Made by a program: the position numbers and the translations under genes. DNA of 64,000 nt from Gammaproteobacteria bacterium (GTDB lineage Bacteria > Pseudomonadota > Gammaproteobacteria > Eutrophobiales > Eutrophobiaceae), in contig OZ220696.1 of NCBI GenBank assembly GCA_965116495.1, positions 3,488,001 to 3,552,000 on the forward strand, written 5' to 3'. The notes beneath the pieces are model-generated. The model was not told the origin of the DNA and made no database searches. It worked only from the letters and a program-made list of their open reading frames with translations. Positions 29,850-40,806 of the stretch are shown here, piece by piece. Numbering within the stretch: the first letter of the stretch is position 1; each line of letters starts with the position of its first letter.

Positions 29850-31619
29850 ATGATTGACCTGGAATTATTTCATTTTTTACGGCCGCAGTGGTTTTTTGCC
29901 GTGCTACCCCTGGGGTTGCTGACCTGGTTCCTGTTTTTCAGGAAGGGTGCGCAGAGCAACTGGGAAGCGCTGGTCGATGAACCGTTATTGCCGCATATAT
30001 TGATCAGGGGCGTACGCAGGAACCGGCGTTTTGCACTTCTGTCGACGGCCGCAGGCGGGTTGCTGGGAATTGTTGCACTGGCGGGTCCGGTCTGGGAGAA
30101 ACTGCCGCAACCCGTGTTTACCACCCACGATGCCCTGGTTATCGCCCTGGACCTCACACGTTCCATGGAAGCCGCCGACGTGTCGCCCAGCAGGCTGGAA
30201 CGGGCCCGCTACAAGATCAGGGACATCCTGGACCAGCGTCATGAAGGCCAGACGGCTTTGCTGGTCTATGCCGGGCAAGCCTTTACGGTCACGCCGCTGA
30301 CCGACGATAGCGAGACCATCAAGTCGCAGTTGAACGCCCTGGACAGCAATATCATGCCGGTGGCAGGCAATCGAACCGACCGGGCGCTGGAGCGGGCGCT
30401 GGAACTGCTCAAGCAGGCCGGCATGAGACGCGGCCACGTCCTGCTGATTACCGATGAGGCGGACCCGGACCGGGCGGGAGTAAGCGTGCGCCGCTTGCGT
30501 AACGAGGGCTACCGGCTCTCCGTATTGGGCGTCGGCACGCGCCACGGTGCGCCTGTGTTATTGCCTGATGGCGGTTTCCTGCAGGGGAAAGACGGTGAGA
30601 TCGTGATACCCGTCCTGGATGAGAGCGCATTGCGCCGGCTTGCAGCGGCAGGCGGCGGCATGTACGTGCGTTTGACAAAAGACGACCGGGACACCAGGTT
30701 GTTGACCGACAATTTCTCCGCCGCCCGGACCGACGCCGGGCAGGCCGGTAGCGGGACAACGGCGGATGTCTGGCGCGAACAGGGGCCGTGGTTGGTTTTG
30801 TGCCTGCTTCCCCTGGCTGCCTTGCTGTTCCGGCGCGGTTATATCTTCGTACTGGCGGCAGTGCTGCTTGCTCCGGCGGACCCGGCTCACGCATTGGACT
30901 GGGAGGATCTGTGGTCACGCAAGGATCAGCGTGGACAGCGGGCGATGGATGAGCGGGATTATGAAGCGGCGGCTGAGTGGTTTGATGACCCCGCCTGGAA
31001 AGCGGCAGCGCAACATCGCGCCGGCAATTACCAGGCGGCCGTCGATAACCTGGAAAAACTCGATGACGCGCAAAGCAACTACAACAGGGGAAACTCACTG
31101 GCCCGCCTGGGACGATACCATGAGGCCATCGCCGCGTATGACCGGACCCTGGCCGAACTGCCGGACCATGCCGATGCAAAATTCAACCGGGAATTACTGG
31201 AACAGGAACTGGAACGGCAGCAGTCGCAGCAGCAGCCACAGGACAGGGAGCAGCAACAGGACGGGGAACAGCAACAGGAGCAGAAGCAGCAACAAGTGGG
31301 GGAACAACCGCAGGAGCGGCAACCCTCCCAATCCCCGCAGGCTGATGATCGGCAGGAACAGGCAAATCGTAATCAAACGTCCGAACAGGACCAAACAGAA
31401 CGGGCGCAACAGCAGGAGCGAAAAGAACAGGGAAGACAGCAACAGGCTGAGCAACAAACCGCGCAAACTGACGACCTGAAAAGCGCTGAGGAACAACAGG
31501 CTACGGAACAATGGCTGCGGCGCATCCCCGACGACCCCTCAGGACTGCTCAGGAGGAAGTTCCTTTATCAATACCAGCAACGCAACTATGAAACCGATCG
31601 CAATGACCAGACCTGGTAA
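29850..31619 (+). CDS. vWA + TPR protein (BatB/C-like) with Gln-rich linker
   Basis: FHFLRPQW, DLTRSM, TPLTDD, TPR YNRGNSLARLG, Q-rich tract and EQWLRRIPDDPSGLLRRKF. Confidence 0.9.
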   Translation: MIDLELFHFLRPQWFFAVLPLGLLTWFLFFRKGAQSNWEALVDEPLLPHILIRGVRRNRRFALLSTAAGGLLGIVALAGPVWEKLPQPVFTTHDALVIALDLTRSMEAADVSPSRLERARYKIRDILDQRHEGQTALLVYAGQAFTVTPLTDDSETIKSQLNALDSNIMPVAGNRTDRALERALELLKQAGMRRGHVLLITDEADPDRAGVSVRRLRNEGYRLSVLGVGTRHGAPVLLPDGGFLQGKDGEIVIPVLDESALRRLAAAGGGMYVRLTKDDRDTRLLTDNFSAARTDAGQAGSGTTADVWREQGPWLVLCLLPLAALLFRRGYIFVLAAVLLAPADPAHALDWEDLWSRKDQRGQRAMDERDYEAAAEWFDDPAWKAAAQHRAGNYQAAVDNLEKLDDAQSNYNRGNSLARLGRYHEAIAAYDRTLAELPDHADAKFNRELLEQELERQQSQQQPQDREQQQDGEQQQEQKQQQVGEQPQERQPSQSPQADDRQEQANRNQTSEQDQTERAQQQERKEQGRQQQAEQQTAQTDDLKSAEEQQATEQWLRRIPDDPSGLLRRKFLYQYQQRNYETDRNDQTW

Positions 31620-31682
31620 AGTCAACGCCATCATGCCTGTAGCAGCCACCATTCCTGCGCAAGCGGGAATCCAGGGGTATTC

Positions 31683-33404
31683 ATGATTGCCGGCAGCTAT
31701 AACCTGCTGTTCACGACAGTTGCCGTCCTGGCGTTGCTTCCCGGTTTCACCAAAGCCGCGACCATCACGGTCAAAACTGATCGCAACCCGGTCGTATTGC
31801 AGGAATCCTTCCAGATGGTATTTGAAGCTGCCGGAGACGTGGATGGCGATCCCGACTTCTCTCCGCTGGAAAAGGATTTCCAGGTACTGTCCACCAGCAC
31901 CAGTACCAGCATGAGTATCGTCAACGCAAAAATTACCCGAACCAGGCAATGGCAGTTGACCCTGTTGCCGCTGACTGCCGGCAACGTGGTTATTCCCGCC
32001 ATTTCTTTCGGCCGGGACAAGAGCCCGCAAACCTTGTTGACAGTCATAACGGGCGTAGCCGGTCTGCCGGGGCAGGCGTCACAGGACATCTTCCTGGACG
32101 TCAAGGTGACGCCTGAAGCGGCTTATGTCCAGGCCGAATTGATTTATACCGTAAAACTGTATCGCGCAGTCGCCACCTCCAATGAGACATTATCCGAGCC
32201 GGAACTGGGCCAGGGGAGTGCAATTATAGAAGTGCTGGATGCGGACAGGAGTTACGACGACTTCTTTCAAGGCAGGCGTTATGCGGTGTTCGAGAGACGT
32301 TACGGGATTTATCCCCAGGTCAGCGGGACCCTGTCGATCAAGCCTGTGCGGTTTCAGGCGCAGGTGTCGAACAGTTCACCCTTCAGCCTCGATCCTTTCG
32401 GAGCCAGGTCCAGGACGGTCGTAAGACAGTCGGAACCGGTGCAACTGGCGATCAAGCCGGTCCCCGGCAATTACCGGGGTGGACACTGGCTGCCTGCGGC
32501 TGACGTAAAAATCACCGAGAGGTGGTCAAAAAATCCGTTCGAGTTATTGCCCAATGAACCGGTGACCCGTACCGTCACGCTGACTGCCCAGGGTTTGACC
32601 GCCAGCCAGTTGCCGGAGATGCAGGAACAACTCCCCGCGGACTTCAAGCAGTACCCGGATATCCCGGTATTGGAAAATGGCCGGAGCGCTGACGGTATAA
32701 CGGGGGTAAGACAGCAAAAGAACGCAATCATCCCGGCGCGGGCGGGCAACTATGTCCTGCCGGCAATCTCCCTGACCTGGTGGAATACCGGAACGCAGAC
32801 CATGGAAAATGCGGTTTTACCCGAACGGCGCGTACAGGTAGCGGCGGCTGAAGCGGGGGCAGTTATCGAGGCGCCGGAGCTGCCTGCGCTCGATTTGGAT
32901 ACGGCGGCCCCCGGCCGGACGGTCCCGGACGCTGCACAGGCTGCCACAGCCGAACACACGGCCCCTCCCGTTGTATCGATCTGGCAATGGCTTACCTGCA
33001 TCATGGCGCTGACCTGGGTCATCACCCTCGTATATCTACTGAAGAACAGAGGGCGTTCGCGGCCTGTGACCCCGCAGACGCATACGGGGGATGCCAACGA
33101 AGCGCTGAAAGCGCTGAAACGGGCTTGCCGGGAGAATGACCCGCAACGGGCAAAAGCGGCGTTGTTACGCTGGGCAGGGGCACGCACAAGCGCAACGCTG
33201 GTCACCAGCCTGGGTGACCTGGAACGACACAGCAGCGAGGCCCTGGCCGTGGAAATCCGCGCCCTGTCGCGCCGGCTTTATTCCCGCACGACAGACCCCT
33301 GGCGCGGCGAACCGTTATGGCAGGCATTCCTGCAGGAGCGCAAAACTGCCGATAAGGAATCATCCCCGGACAGCGGCGACCTTGAACCGTTGTTTCGACT
33401 GTGA
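31683..33404 (+). CDS. BatD family protein
   Basis: Signal peptide, DRNPV, YVQAELIYTVKL, WLPA and WWNT motifs, TM segment, C-terminal LEPLF; last gene of the MoxR-vWA operon. Confidence 0.85.
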   Translation: MIAGSYNLLFTTVAVLALLPGFTKAATITVKTDRNPVVLQESFQMVFEAAGDVDGDPDFSPLEKDFQVLSTSTSTSMSIVNAKITRTRQWQLTLLPLTAGNVVIPAISFGRDKSPQTLLTVITGVAGLPGQASQDIFLDVKVTPEAAYVQAELIYTVKLYRAVATSNETLSEPELGQGSAIIEVLDADRSYDDFFQGRRYAVFERRYGIYPQVSGTLSIKPVRFQAQVSNSSPFSLDPFGARSRTVVRQSEPVQLAIKPVPGNYRGGHWLPAADVKITERWSKNPFELLPNEPVTRTVTLTAQGLTASQLPEMQEQLPADFKQYPDIPVLENGRSADGITGVRQQKNAIIPARAGNYVLPAISLTWWNTGTQTMENAVLPERRVQVAAAEAGAVIEAPELPALDLDTAAPGRTVPDAAQAATAEHTAPPVVSIWQWLTCIMALTWVITLVYLLKNRGRSRPVTPQTHTGDANEALKALKRACRENDPQRAKAALLRWAGARTSATLVTSLGDLERHSSEALAVEIRALSRRLYSRTTDPWRGEPLWQAFLQERKTADKESSPDSGDLEPLFRL

Positions 33405-33412
33405 GTATTCGG

Positions 33413-33446
33413 GAACCGGGGACAGGTTTAAACCTGTCCCCGGTTC
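33413..33446. repeat. 34-bp perfect palindrome between convergent genes
   Basis: gaaccggggacaggtttaaacctgtccccggttc. Confidence 0.9.
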
Positions 33447-33454
33447 ATCACTCC

Positions 33455-34255
33455 CTACAGTTTGACAAACTTCATGGTCATCCTGTCGCTTTCGCCTATG
33501 GCGGTGTATTTTGCCCTGTCCTGCTCGCCCAGCCGGTACGAGGGAGGCAGGGTCCAGACGCCCTCAGGGTAATCTTTGGTGTCTTTCGGGTTGGCATTGA
33601 TCTCCGATTTTTTCACCAGTTCAAAGCCCATGCCTTCCAGCAGTCCGATCAGGTAGCTTTCGGGCACGTAGCCGCGCTCAGCGGTTTCTTTGGCATTGCT
33701 CCCAGGTTCGGCCCGGTGCTGCACCACGCCCAGGGTCCCGCCGGGTTTGAGCACCCGGTAAAATGAACGGTAAATGTCTTCCACACCCCCGCGACGGATC
33801 CAGTTATGGGTATTGCGGAACGTCAGCACCATGTCGAAACTGGCATCCTCGAAGTTCTCCAGGTACGCCTCGCCCTGAAACACGCCGAGTACGACCTTAC
33901 CGTATATCTCCGGTTCGCCGCCAAATTTTTCCGCCAGTTTGTTATGCATGCTGCGCAGGAACTCAACGGAATGCTCATGGCCGAAACTGGCGACCGCGAG
34001 CAGGCCGTCATCCTTCAGGTACGGGGCCAGTATCTCCGTGTACCAGCCGCCGCCGGGCAGGATTTCGAGCACGTGCATATCCGGCCTGATCCCGAACAGG
34101 GTCAAGGTCTCCCCGGGGTGCCGGTAGACATCCCTGGCAACGTTTCCCGCGGTCCGGTGTTCCGAGGCGATCGCCTTATCCAGCAGGCCGTCCTGCTGAT
34201 CGGCATGACCTGCAAACGCCAGCGCCAGTAATATGAAAATGGTTAACCTGCTCAT
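33455..34255 (-). CDS. Exported SAM-dependent methyltransferase-like protein
   Basis: Signal peptide; RDVYRHPGETL, EILPGGGWYTEILAP, DMVLTFRNTHNW, GVWTLPP and IGESDRMT motifs. Confidence 0.85.
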   Translation of the reverse strand: MSRLTIFILLALAFAGHADQQDGLLDKAIASEHRTAGNVARDVYRHPGETLTLFGIRPDMHVLEILPGGGWYTEILAPYLKDDGLLAVASFGHEHSVEFLRSMHNKLAEKFGGEPEIYGKVVLGVFQGEAYLENFEDASFDMVLTFRNTHNWIRRGGVEDIYRSFYRVLKPGGTLGVVQHRAEPGSNAKETAERGYVPESYLIGLLEGMGFELVKKSEINANPKDTKDYPEGVWTLPPSYRLGEQDRAKYTAIGESDRMTMKFVKL

Positions 34256-34280
34256 GATAGTTACTCCCGGGAAAATCAAT

Positions 34281-34314
34281 GGGGTCAGACTCGATTGATT
34301 TTTACTCTGACCCC
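34281..34314. repeat. GGGGTCAG...CTGACCCC palindrome
   Basis: ggggtcagactcgattgatttttactctgacccc. Confidence 0.75.
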
Positions 34315-34339
34315 GAAAATCAGAGAATATCATGCTCCG

Positions 34340-34669
34340 TCATGATAAAATACCGGAATCGTTTGCAGCATCCGCCCAACGATATTCTACCAGGTCGATT
34401 TTATCATCCTCCGAGAAAACGATGCCCTCTGCTTCAAGCAATATCCGTTGCAGATGATGTCCCTCCGAGCCAGTACGCATGCTGATCCGGCCCTGGCTGT
34501 TGATAATCCTGTGCCAGGGAATGTTATTGTCTCCGGACAGGGCCGCCATGGCATAGCCTACCTGTCTGGCTGAGCATCTCCCTGCCAGCCCGGCTATCTG
34601 GCCGTAGGTGGCGACTTTTCCCTCCGGGACCCGGCGCACCCATGCATAGATCCTGTCATAAACGCGCAT
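34340..34669 (-). CDS. Alkyltransferase-like (ATL/YbaZ, MGMT family) protein
   Basis: VATYGQIAGLAG, ARQVGYAM and PWHRII, with Trp in place of the catalytic Cys. Confidence 0.9.
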   Translation of the reverse strand: MRVYDRIYAWVRRVPEGKVATYGQIAGLAGRCSARQVGYAMAALSGDNNIPWHRIINSQGRISMRTGSEGHHLQRILLEAEGIVFSEDDKIDLVEYRWADAANDSGILS

Positions 34670-34967
34670 TTATCCTGTCTATCCGGGTTACCTGCACCTG
34701 GCAGTCGGCGTACCACCTGGCGCGCCCCAGTGCCTGGGCCGCCCGGTGTTCCGGGTGCGCTTTCCAGGCCTTGATGGCGGCGAGGCTTTCCCAGTAGGAA
34801 ACAGTGAGCTCCCGGTTCCCCTCCATGCTGGTATGTTTGCCGATATAACCGGGTTGCTGTTCGACCAGTTCTGTCATGCGCTGTGCCGTGTCTGCATAGC
34901 CGGCCGTGTCGTCAGACATTTCTGCGGTGAAAATCACCGCGTAATAGCTGTCATCCCTGGTTTCCAT
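34656..34967 (-). CDS. Antibiotic biosynthesis monooxygenase (ABM) domain protein
   Basis: YYAVIFT, QPGYIG and TVSYWESLAAIKAWKAHPEHRAAQALGRARWY motifs. Confidence 0.88.
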   Translation of the reverse strand: METRDDSYYAVIFTAEMSDDTAGYADTAQRMTELVEQQPGYIGKHTSMEGNRELTVSYWESLAAIKAWKAHPEHRAAQALGRARWYADCQVQVTRIDRINARL

Positions 34968-36402
34968 GCGCGCGCAGCCGGCTCGCCGTTTCCGTAATTT
35001 TATGCCATGCCTGTTCGACGTGTTCCAGTTCGGTGTGGGACTGGCCGATACAGATGCGAATGACAAAGCGGTCGTTCAGCTTCGTATGGGTGAGGAAAAT
35101 ATCGCCGCTTTTGTTAAGTTCATCCAGAAGTTTCCTGTTGAGTTCGTCGCTGCCCCGGTGACGCAGGCAGACCAGGTTGAACGGCGCTGGCGCAACGATT
35201 TCGAAATGCTCATCAGCCTCGATCCACCCAACCAGTAACCGGGTCAGCTCGATATGCCGGCGTATATGGTATCGCAGGCCTTCCACACCGTAGTAGCGCA
35301 GTACGAACCAGAGCTTGAGCGCGCGGAAACGGCGGCCCAGCGGCACCTGCCAGTCGCGGTAATCAAACACCGCGCCGCTTTCCGTCGCCTCGTTGAGCAG
35401 GTATTCGGGCAGGATGGACAATGCATTGATCAACGCGCTGCGGTCCGCCACCCAGAAGCAACTGCAATCAAAATTGGTAAACATCCATTTATGGGGGTTG
35501 AAGCAATAACTGTCGGTGTATTCGATGCCGTCGTGGAGATAACGGTATTCGGGACAGATGACCGCGGTGCCGGACATGGCCGCGTCCACGTGGAACCACA
35601 GGCCTTCAGCGGCGCAGATCCTGCCGATCGCGGCAATGGGATCAAGTGCATTGGATGAGGTGGTGCCCAGTGTGGCGCAGACGAAGATGGGGCGCAAACC
35701 ATCGGCCCTGTCGGCCTTGACCTGCGCGGCCAGTTTGCCGGCGTCCAGGGCAAAGTTCTCATCGACGCCGACCTGTCGCAGGTTGGCCCGCCCCAGGCCA
35801 GCTATGCCCATGGCTTTCTCCAGGGAGGAATGGGTTTGTGTGGAGCAGTATGCGACCTGTTTCCCGTCACAGCCTTCCCGGTTCGTACGCAGGCCGGAGT
35901 CCCGCTCCCGCGCCGCGAGCAGGGCGCACAGGATAGCGCTGGAAGCCGTGTCCTGGATCACGCCGCCGCCGCTGCCCTTTGAACGGTACCTGTCCGGTAA
36001 TCCCAGCAGGTCTGCCAGCCAGTCCATTACCCGGGTTTCAAGCTCGGTACAGGCGGGACTGGTCGACCATAACATCCCCTGCACCCCGAGACCGGAGCAC
36101 AGCAGGTCGCCCAGGATAGCCGGTCCTGAGGTATTGGCGGGGAAATAGGCATGGAAGTGCGGGGACTGCCAATGGGTGATTCCGGGCAGGATCTTGTCCT
36201 CAATATCCCGGAATATGTCGGTGAATTCCTCGCCCTGTACGGGTACGGCATCAGCCAGTGAAGCACCTGTCTCGCCCGGTTTTACCTGTGACTGAACGGG
36301 ATAGCGGCCTGCATTTTCATAGTAATCCGCTATCCAGTCGATCACCTCCTTGCCGTAACGGCGGAAATCTTCCACCGGCATATGGTAACCCTGCTTACTC
36401 AT
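34951..36402 (-). CDS. Aromatic-L-amino-acid (DOPA) decarboxylase, PLP group II
   Basis: [35 protein letters not shown] (PLP Lys) and [18 protein letters not shown] motifs. Confidence 0.9.
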   Translation of the reverse strand: MSKQGYHMPVEDFRRYGKEVIDWIADYYENAGRYPVQSQVKPGETGASLADAVPVQGEEFTDIFRDIEDKILPGITHWQSPHFHAYFPANTSGPAILGDLLCSGLGVQGMLWSTSPACTELETRVMDWLADLLGLPDRYRSKGSGGGVIQDTASSAILCALLAARERDSGLRTNREGCDGKQVAYCSTQTHSSLEKAMGIAGLGRANLRQVGVDENFALDAGKLAAQVKADRADGLRPIFVCATLGTTSSNALDPIAAIGRICAAEGLWFHVDAAMSGTAVICPEYRYLHDGIEYTDSYCFNPHKWMFTNFDCSCFWVADRSALINALSILPEYLLNEATESGAVFDYRDWQVPLGRRFRALKLWFVLRYYGVEGLRYHIRRHIELTRLLVGWIEADEHFEIVAPAPFNLVCLRHRGSDELNRKLLDELNKSGDIFLTHTKLNDRFVIRICIGQSHTELEHVEQAWHKITETASRLRAHGNQG

Positions 36403-38074
36403 CGGTGACGCAACCGAGCGAGGCTGACTTCACGCTCTTTATGTATTTGTACAGGGTACCGCGCGTCGCCTTGTACCGGGGCATGATCCAGTCCGCCTTG
36501 CGTTGCGCCAGTTCGTCATCGGTCAGGTCAACGTTTATCTGGTTATGCTCCGCATTGATCGTGATCATATCGCCGGTTTTAATCAAGGCAATGGGCCCGC
36601 CTTCCTGGGCTTCAGGCACCACGTGGCCGATGATAAAACCATGGGAACCGCCGGAAAACCGGCCGTCGGTGATCATGGCGACATCGTTGCCCAGTCCTGC
36701 GCCCATGAGGGCGGAAGTCGGGGTCAGCATTTCCGGCATCCCCGGCCCGCCCCTGGGACCTTCGTAACGGATCACGACCACGTCGCCTTTTTCAATCCGG
36801 TCCTGTTCCAGCGCCGCCAGCATGGCTTCTTCCGAGTCGAATACCCTGGCGGGGCCGCTGAACACTTCCCCTTCCTTGCCGGTGATCTTCGCCACCGCGC
36901 CGCCCGGCGCCAGGTTGCCCTTCAGGATGCGGATATGGCCGCTTGACTTGAACGGTTTGTCCAGCGGCCGCAGCACATCCTGCCCTTCACTCAACGCCGG
37001 CAAACCGGCCAGGTTTTCACCTATGGTCTTTCCCGTGACTGTCATGCAAGCGCCGTCGATCATGCCGTTTTCCAGCAGGAACTTCATCACCGCCGGTACG
37101 CCGCCGACCTTGTGCAGGTCCTCCATCACGTAGCGGCCGCTGGGTTTGAGGTCTGCCAGGTACGGGGTGCGGTCACTGACTGCCTGGAAGTCGTCGATAC
37201 CCAGCGTCACGTCGACGGAGCGGGCCATGGCGATCAGGTGCAATACCGCGTTGGTTGAACCACCGAGCGCCGTAACGACAACCATGGCATTTTCGAATGC
37301 GGAGCGGGTCATGATGTCCCGCGGCTTGAGATCCAGTTCCAGGAGGTTTTTTATGGCCGCGCCGGCCTGGAGGCATTCATCCAGCTTGTGCGGGTCGACT
37401 GCGGGTGTGGAGGAACTGTAGGGTAACGACATGCCCAGCGCCTCAATCGCCGAGGCCATGGTATTGGCCGTGTACATGCCGCCGCACGCGCCCGGGCCGG
37501 GACAGGCTGAACGCACGATAGCGCTGCGGTTGTTGTTGTCGATCCGGCCCGATATGAACTCGCCGTAGCTCTGGAACGCGGAGATGACGTCCACTTTGTT
37601 GCCCTGGTGATACCCCGGTTTGATGGTGCCGCCGTAGATCATGAGGGCGGGGCGGTTGAGGCGGCCCATGGCCATGATGCAACCGGGCATGTTCTTGTCG
37701 CATCCCGGGATCGAGATATTGGCGTCATACCATTGGGCGTACATGATGGTTTCGATAGAATCCGCGATGAGATCCCGGGATTGCAGGGAAAAACTCATGC
37801 CCTCCGTACCCATGGATATGGCGTCGCTGACACCGACGGTGTTAAAGCGCATCCCCACCAGGTCCCTGGCCTCCACGCCTTCCTTGACCCTGGCCGCAAG
37901 GTCCAGCAGGTGCATGTTGCAGGTATTGCCCTCAAACCAGACACTGGCAATACCCACCTGGGGTTTGGCCATGTCCTGTTCGGTCATACCGGTACCGTAG
38001 AGCATGGCCTGTGAGGCGCCCTGTGATTTCTCCTGGGTTACCCTTGCGCTGTAACGATTTAGCTGCTCAGTCAT
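36395..38074 (-). CDS. ilvD: Dihydroxy-acid dehydratase
   Basis: [36 protein letters not shown] and [12 protein letters not shown] motifs. Start at MTEQLNRYS. Confidence 0.95.
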   Translation of the reverse strand: MTEQLNRYSARVTQEKSQGASQAMLYGTGMTEQDMAKPQVGIASVWFEGNTCNMHLLDLAARVKEGVEARDLVGMRFNTVGVSDAISMGTEGMSFSLQSRDLIADSIETIMYAQWYDANISIPGCDKNMPGCIMAMGRLNRPALMIYGGTIKPGYHQGNKVDVISAFQSYGEFISGRIDNNNRSAIVRSACPGPGACGGMYTANTMASAIEALGMSLPYSSSTPAVDPHKLDECLQAGAAIKNLLELDLKPRDIMTRSAFENAMVVVTALGGSTNAVLHLIAMARSVDVTLGIDDFQAVSDRTPYLADLKPSGRYVMEDLHKVGGVPAVMKFLLENGMIDGACMTVTGKTIGENLAGLPALSEGQDVLRPLDKPFKSSGHIRILKGNLAPGGAVAKITGKEGEVFSGPARVFDSEEAMLAALEQDRIEKGDVVVIRYEGPRGGPGMPEMLTPTSALMGAGLGNDVAMITDGRFSGGSHGFIIGHVVPEAQEGGPIALIKTGDMITINAEHNQINVDLTDDELAQRKADWIMPRYKATRGTLYKYIKSVKSASLGCVTDE

Positions 38075-38252
38075 TGTATTGTTCCTGTGCCTGTAGATTG
38101 GAGAACGAACATTAATATTGACGGTACATCCCGACCCCGCAGGAAACTGAGAATAAATACAGGTTTCCTGTATTATTTTCATCTGCGATAATCCCTGTCC
38201 CCGCATGCTTTAAGCAGGGATGCCTAACCTGCGGATAAATTATTATGACAAC

Positions 38253-39404
38253 ATGATAACACTACCTGCGTTCAAAGAGTCATTTGCCGCGCTGGTGGCA
38301 GCGCCTTCAGTAAGCAGCATAGACCCGCGCCATGACCAGAGTAATCTTCCCGTGGCGGACCTGCTGGCAAACTGGTTTGCCGACCTGGGTTGCGCCGTTG
38401 AGACGTTGCCGGTTAACGGCAGGGCGGACAAAGTCAACGTGGTCGCGAGCCTGGGTAGCGGCGCCGGCGGGCTGGTCCTGTCGGGCCATACCGATACGGT
38501 GCCCTACACCGGGTCCGCCTGGTGCCAGGACCCGTTCAGGTTGACGGAAAGGGACGGGCGTTTTTACGGCCTGGGCACATCGGACATGAAGTGTTTCTTC
38601 CCTATCGTGATGCAGGTGTTGCTGTCACTGGACCTGAAAAGGATCAAGCGCCCCCTTGTCCTGCTGGCGACCTGTGATGAAGAAAGCACCATGGCCGGCG
38701 CCAAGGCACTGGTTGATGCAAACAGGGGTCTGGGACGCTACGCGCTCATCGGCGAACCGACGGGTTTAAAACCCGTCATCATGCACAAGGGAGTGATGAT
38801 CGAGACCATTATGCTCAAGGGCAAGGCCGGACATGCCAGTAATCCGTCCCTGGGTATCAATGCCATGGAAGGTATGCATGATGTCATGAACACCCTGCTC
38901 GATTGGCGCCGCCGCCTGCAGCAGGAATTCTCCAACGGAAACTTCGATGTGCCGGTACCGACCTTGAATTTTGGTTCTATCCATGGCGGCGACAGCCCCA
39001 ACCGGATCTGTGCCGACTGTGAACTGAAGATCGACCTGAGACTATTGCCGGGCATGCACATCGGTGACGTTCGTAAACAATTGCGCCGGACGGTGACACA
39101 GGCGCTCAGCGGGAGCGGCCTGACCGTGGAGTTTGATGAGGTATTCTCCGGGACACCCCCCATGGAAACCGATCCCCGGAGTGATATCGTCAGCGTGGCG
39201 GAGAAACTGACCGGACATACCGCCGGGACCGTCAATTTCGGCACGGAAGGGCCGTACCTGAATTCTCTGGGCATGGACACGGTGGTGCTGGGTCCGGGGG
39301 ATATCGACCAGGCGCACCAGGCCAATGAATATATCGAGCAGGCGCGCATCCGGCCCATGCAGGACCTGCTGAAAAAGATGATTACCCATTTCTGCATGTC
39401 ATGA
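38253..39404 (+). CDS. argE: Acetylornithine deacetylase
   Basis: LSGHTDTVP, GLGTSDMK, DEESTM, IGEPT, FGTEGPY and GPGDIDQAHQ motifs. Confidence 0.93.
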   Translation: MITLPAFKESFAALVAAPSVSSIDPRHDQSNLPVADLLANWFADLGCAVETLPVNGRADKVNVVASLGSGAGGLVLSGHTDTVPYTGSAWCQDPFRLTERDGRFYGLGTSDMKCFFPIVMQVLLSLDLKRIKRPLVLLATCDEESTMAGAKALVDANRGLGRYALIGEPTGLKPVIMHKGVMIETIMLKGKAGHASNPSLGINAMEGMHDVMNTLLDWRRRLQQEFSNGNFDVPVPTLNFGSIHGGDSPNRICADCELKIDLRLLPGMHIGDVRKQLRRTVTQALSGSGLTVEFDEVFSGTPPMETDPRSDIVSVAEKLTGHTAGTVNFGTEGPYLNSLGMDTVVLGPGDIDQAHQANEYIEQARIRPMQDLLKKMITHFCMS

Positions 39405-39413
39405 GATGAAGTT

Positions 39414-40727
39414 ATGGACAAATCGCAATTCGTAAACTGGTTCCGGTCTGCTTCGCCTTACATCCGCATTCATCGCGGCAAGACGTTCGTTGTGCAGGTC
39501 AGTGACACCATGCTTCGCAGCGGCGGCTTTACTCCGCTGGTCCACGACGTGGCCCTGCTTACCAGCCTGGGGATCCGCCTGGTGCTGGTATTCGGTACCC
39601 GTGCGTCCATCGAGGCGCGTCTGCGTGAGAGAGGAGTGGATTCAAGCTATCACAACAGCATACGCATCACCGACTCGGACACCATGGAAGACGTCAGGAC
39701 GGTTACCGGGCGGCTGTTGCTGGACCTGCAGGCCGGGTTGTCCATGGGGCCCGGCAACAGCCCCATGTCCAATGCGCTGATCAGGGTGAACACGGGAAAT
39801 TACGTGTCGGCAAAACCCCTGGGTGTTATCGAAGGCGTGGATCATCAACTCACCGGCAATATCCGCCATATCGATGCGGACGCCATCACCCACAAACTGG
39901 ATAAGGGTGAAATCGTGGTCTTGCCCCCGCTGGGCTATTCCGTGACCGGAGAGGCGTATAACCTGTCCGCAATTGCCCTGGCGGCGGAAGTGGCGGTGGC
40001 CCTGCAAGCGGACAAACTGGTTTATTTGATGGAACAGGATGAATTGGCCGGGTTGATGGACGGCCGCCAGGCCAACCAGTTGAACCAGGCATCGGCCCAG
40101 GCGCTAGTCAGCCGGCTGGGGGTAGAATCACAGGGCCGGGTTTACCTGGAACACGCATTGGATGCCTGCGCCGACGGAGTCCAGCGCGCACACCTGCTTG
40201 ATCGCGAAGAAGACGGCGCCATGTTGAATGAGCTGTTTACCCGTGACGGTTCCGGGCTGATGATCACCACCTCTGCCTATGACGTCACGCGCAAAGCGGT
40301 CAGCGCTGATATCGGCGCTATCCTGGACTTGATCGAACCCCATGAGCAGCAGGGGTTCCTGGTAAAACGTTCCCGGGAGAAACTGGAGTTGGAGGTCGGC
40401 CACTTCACCATCCTGCTCCGGGACGGCGTCGTCATCGGCTGCGTCGGTCTGTATCCCTACCCGGATGACAGGATGGGAGAAGTGGCCTGCCTGGTCGTAC
40501 ACCCGGATTACCAGGATGCCGGTCACGGCAACCAGTTGCTTGACGAAGTGGAAAAAGAGGCACAGCGCCAGGACCTGGACAGCCTGTTTGTGCTGACCAC
40601 CCGGGCCCAGCAGTGGTTCCTCGAACGCGGTTTCAACACAGTCTCACTGGAGAACCTGCCCATGGAAAAGCAGAGCCTGTACAACTATCAGCGCAACTCC
40701 AGGATCCTGGTCAAGGACCTGAAATAG
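39414..40727 (+). CDS. argA: Amino-acid N-acetyltransferase (N-acetylglutamate synthase)
   Basis: FVNWFRSASPYIRIHRGKTFV, ELFTRDG, GNAT domain FVLTTRAQQWFLERGF and YNYQRNS. Confidence 0.95.
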   Translation: MDKSQFVNWFRSASPYIRIHRGKTFVVQVSDTMLRSGGFTPLVHDVALLTSLGIRLVLVFGTRASIEARLRERGVDSSYHNSIRITDSDTMEDVRTVTGRLLLDLQAGLSMGPGNSPMSNALIRVNTGNYVSAKPLGVIEGVDHQLTGNIRHIDADAITHKLDKGEIVVLPPLGYSVTGEAYNLSAIALAAEVAVALQADKLVYLMEQDELAGLMDGRQANQLNQASAQALVSRLGVESQGRVYLEHALDACADGVQRAHLLDREEDGAMLNELFTRDGSGLMITTSAYDVTRKAVSADIGAILDLIEPHEQQGFLVKRSREKLELEVGHFTILLRDGVVIGCVGLYPYPDDRMGEVACLVVHPDYQDAGHGNQLLDEVEKEAQRQDLDSLFVLTTRAQQWFLERGFNTVSLENLPMEKQSLYNYQRNSRILVKDLK

Positions 40728-40746
40728 CAGACGGACCCTGGCAAAA

Positions 40747-40806
40747 GGGGACAGGTCCTGCCGTTCACTCCTGTCCCGCCGTCATTCCTGCGCAGGTAGG
40801 AATCCA
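40747..40806. repeat. Adjacent GGGACAGG...CCTGTCCC palindrome and GTCATTCC...GGAATCCA repeat between convergent argA and apbE
   Basis: ggggacaggtcctgccgttcactcctgtccc followed by gtcattcctgcgcaggtaggaatcca. Confidence 0.7.

Noticed and set aside
31200-31510. CAG/CAA-rich low-complexity tract
   Set aside because: A Gln-rich linker is normal in BatB/TPR proteins of MoxR-vWA operons.
26199-33404. MoxR-DUF58-DUF4381-vWA-vWA/TPR-BatD operon as a novel system
   Set aside because: This is a common, well-known operon with host-like GC; it is 21 kb from the NTPase island and shows no sign of linkage.
34340-34669. MGMT lacking its catalytic cysteine, as a possible pseudogene
   Set aside because: PWHR is the normal signature of alkyltransferase-like (ATL) proteins.
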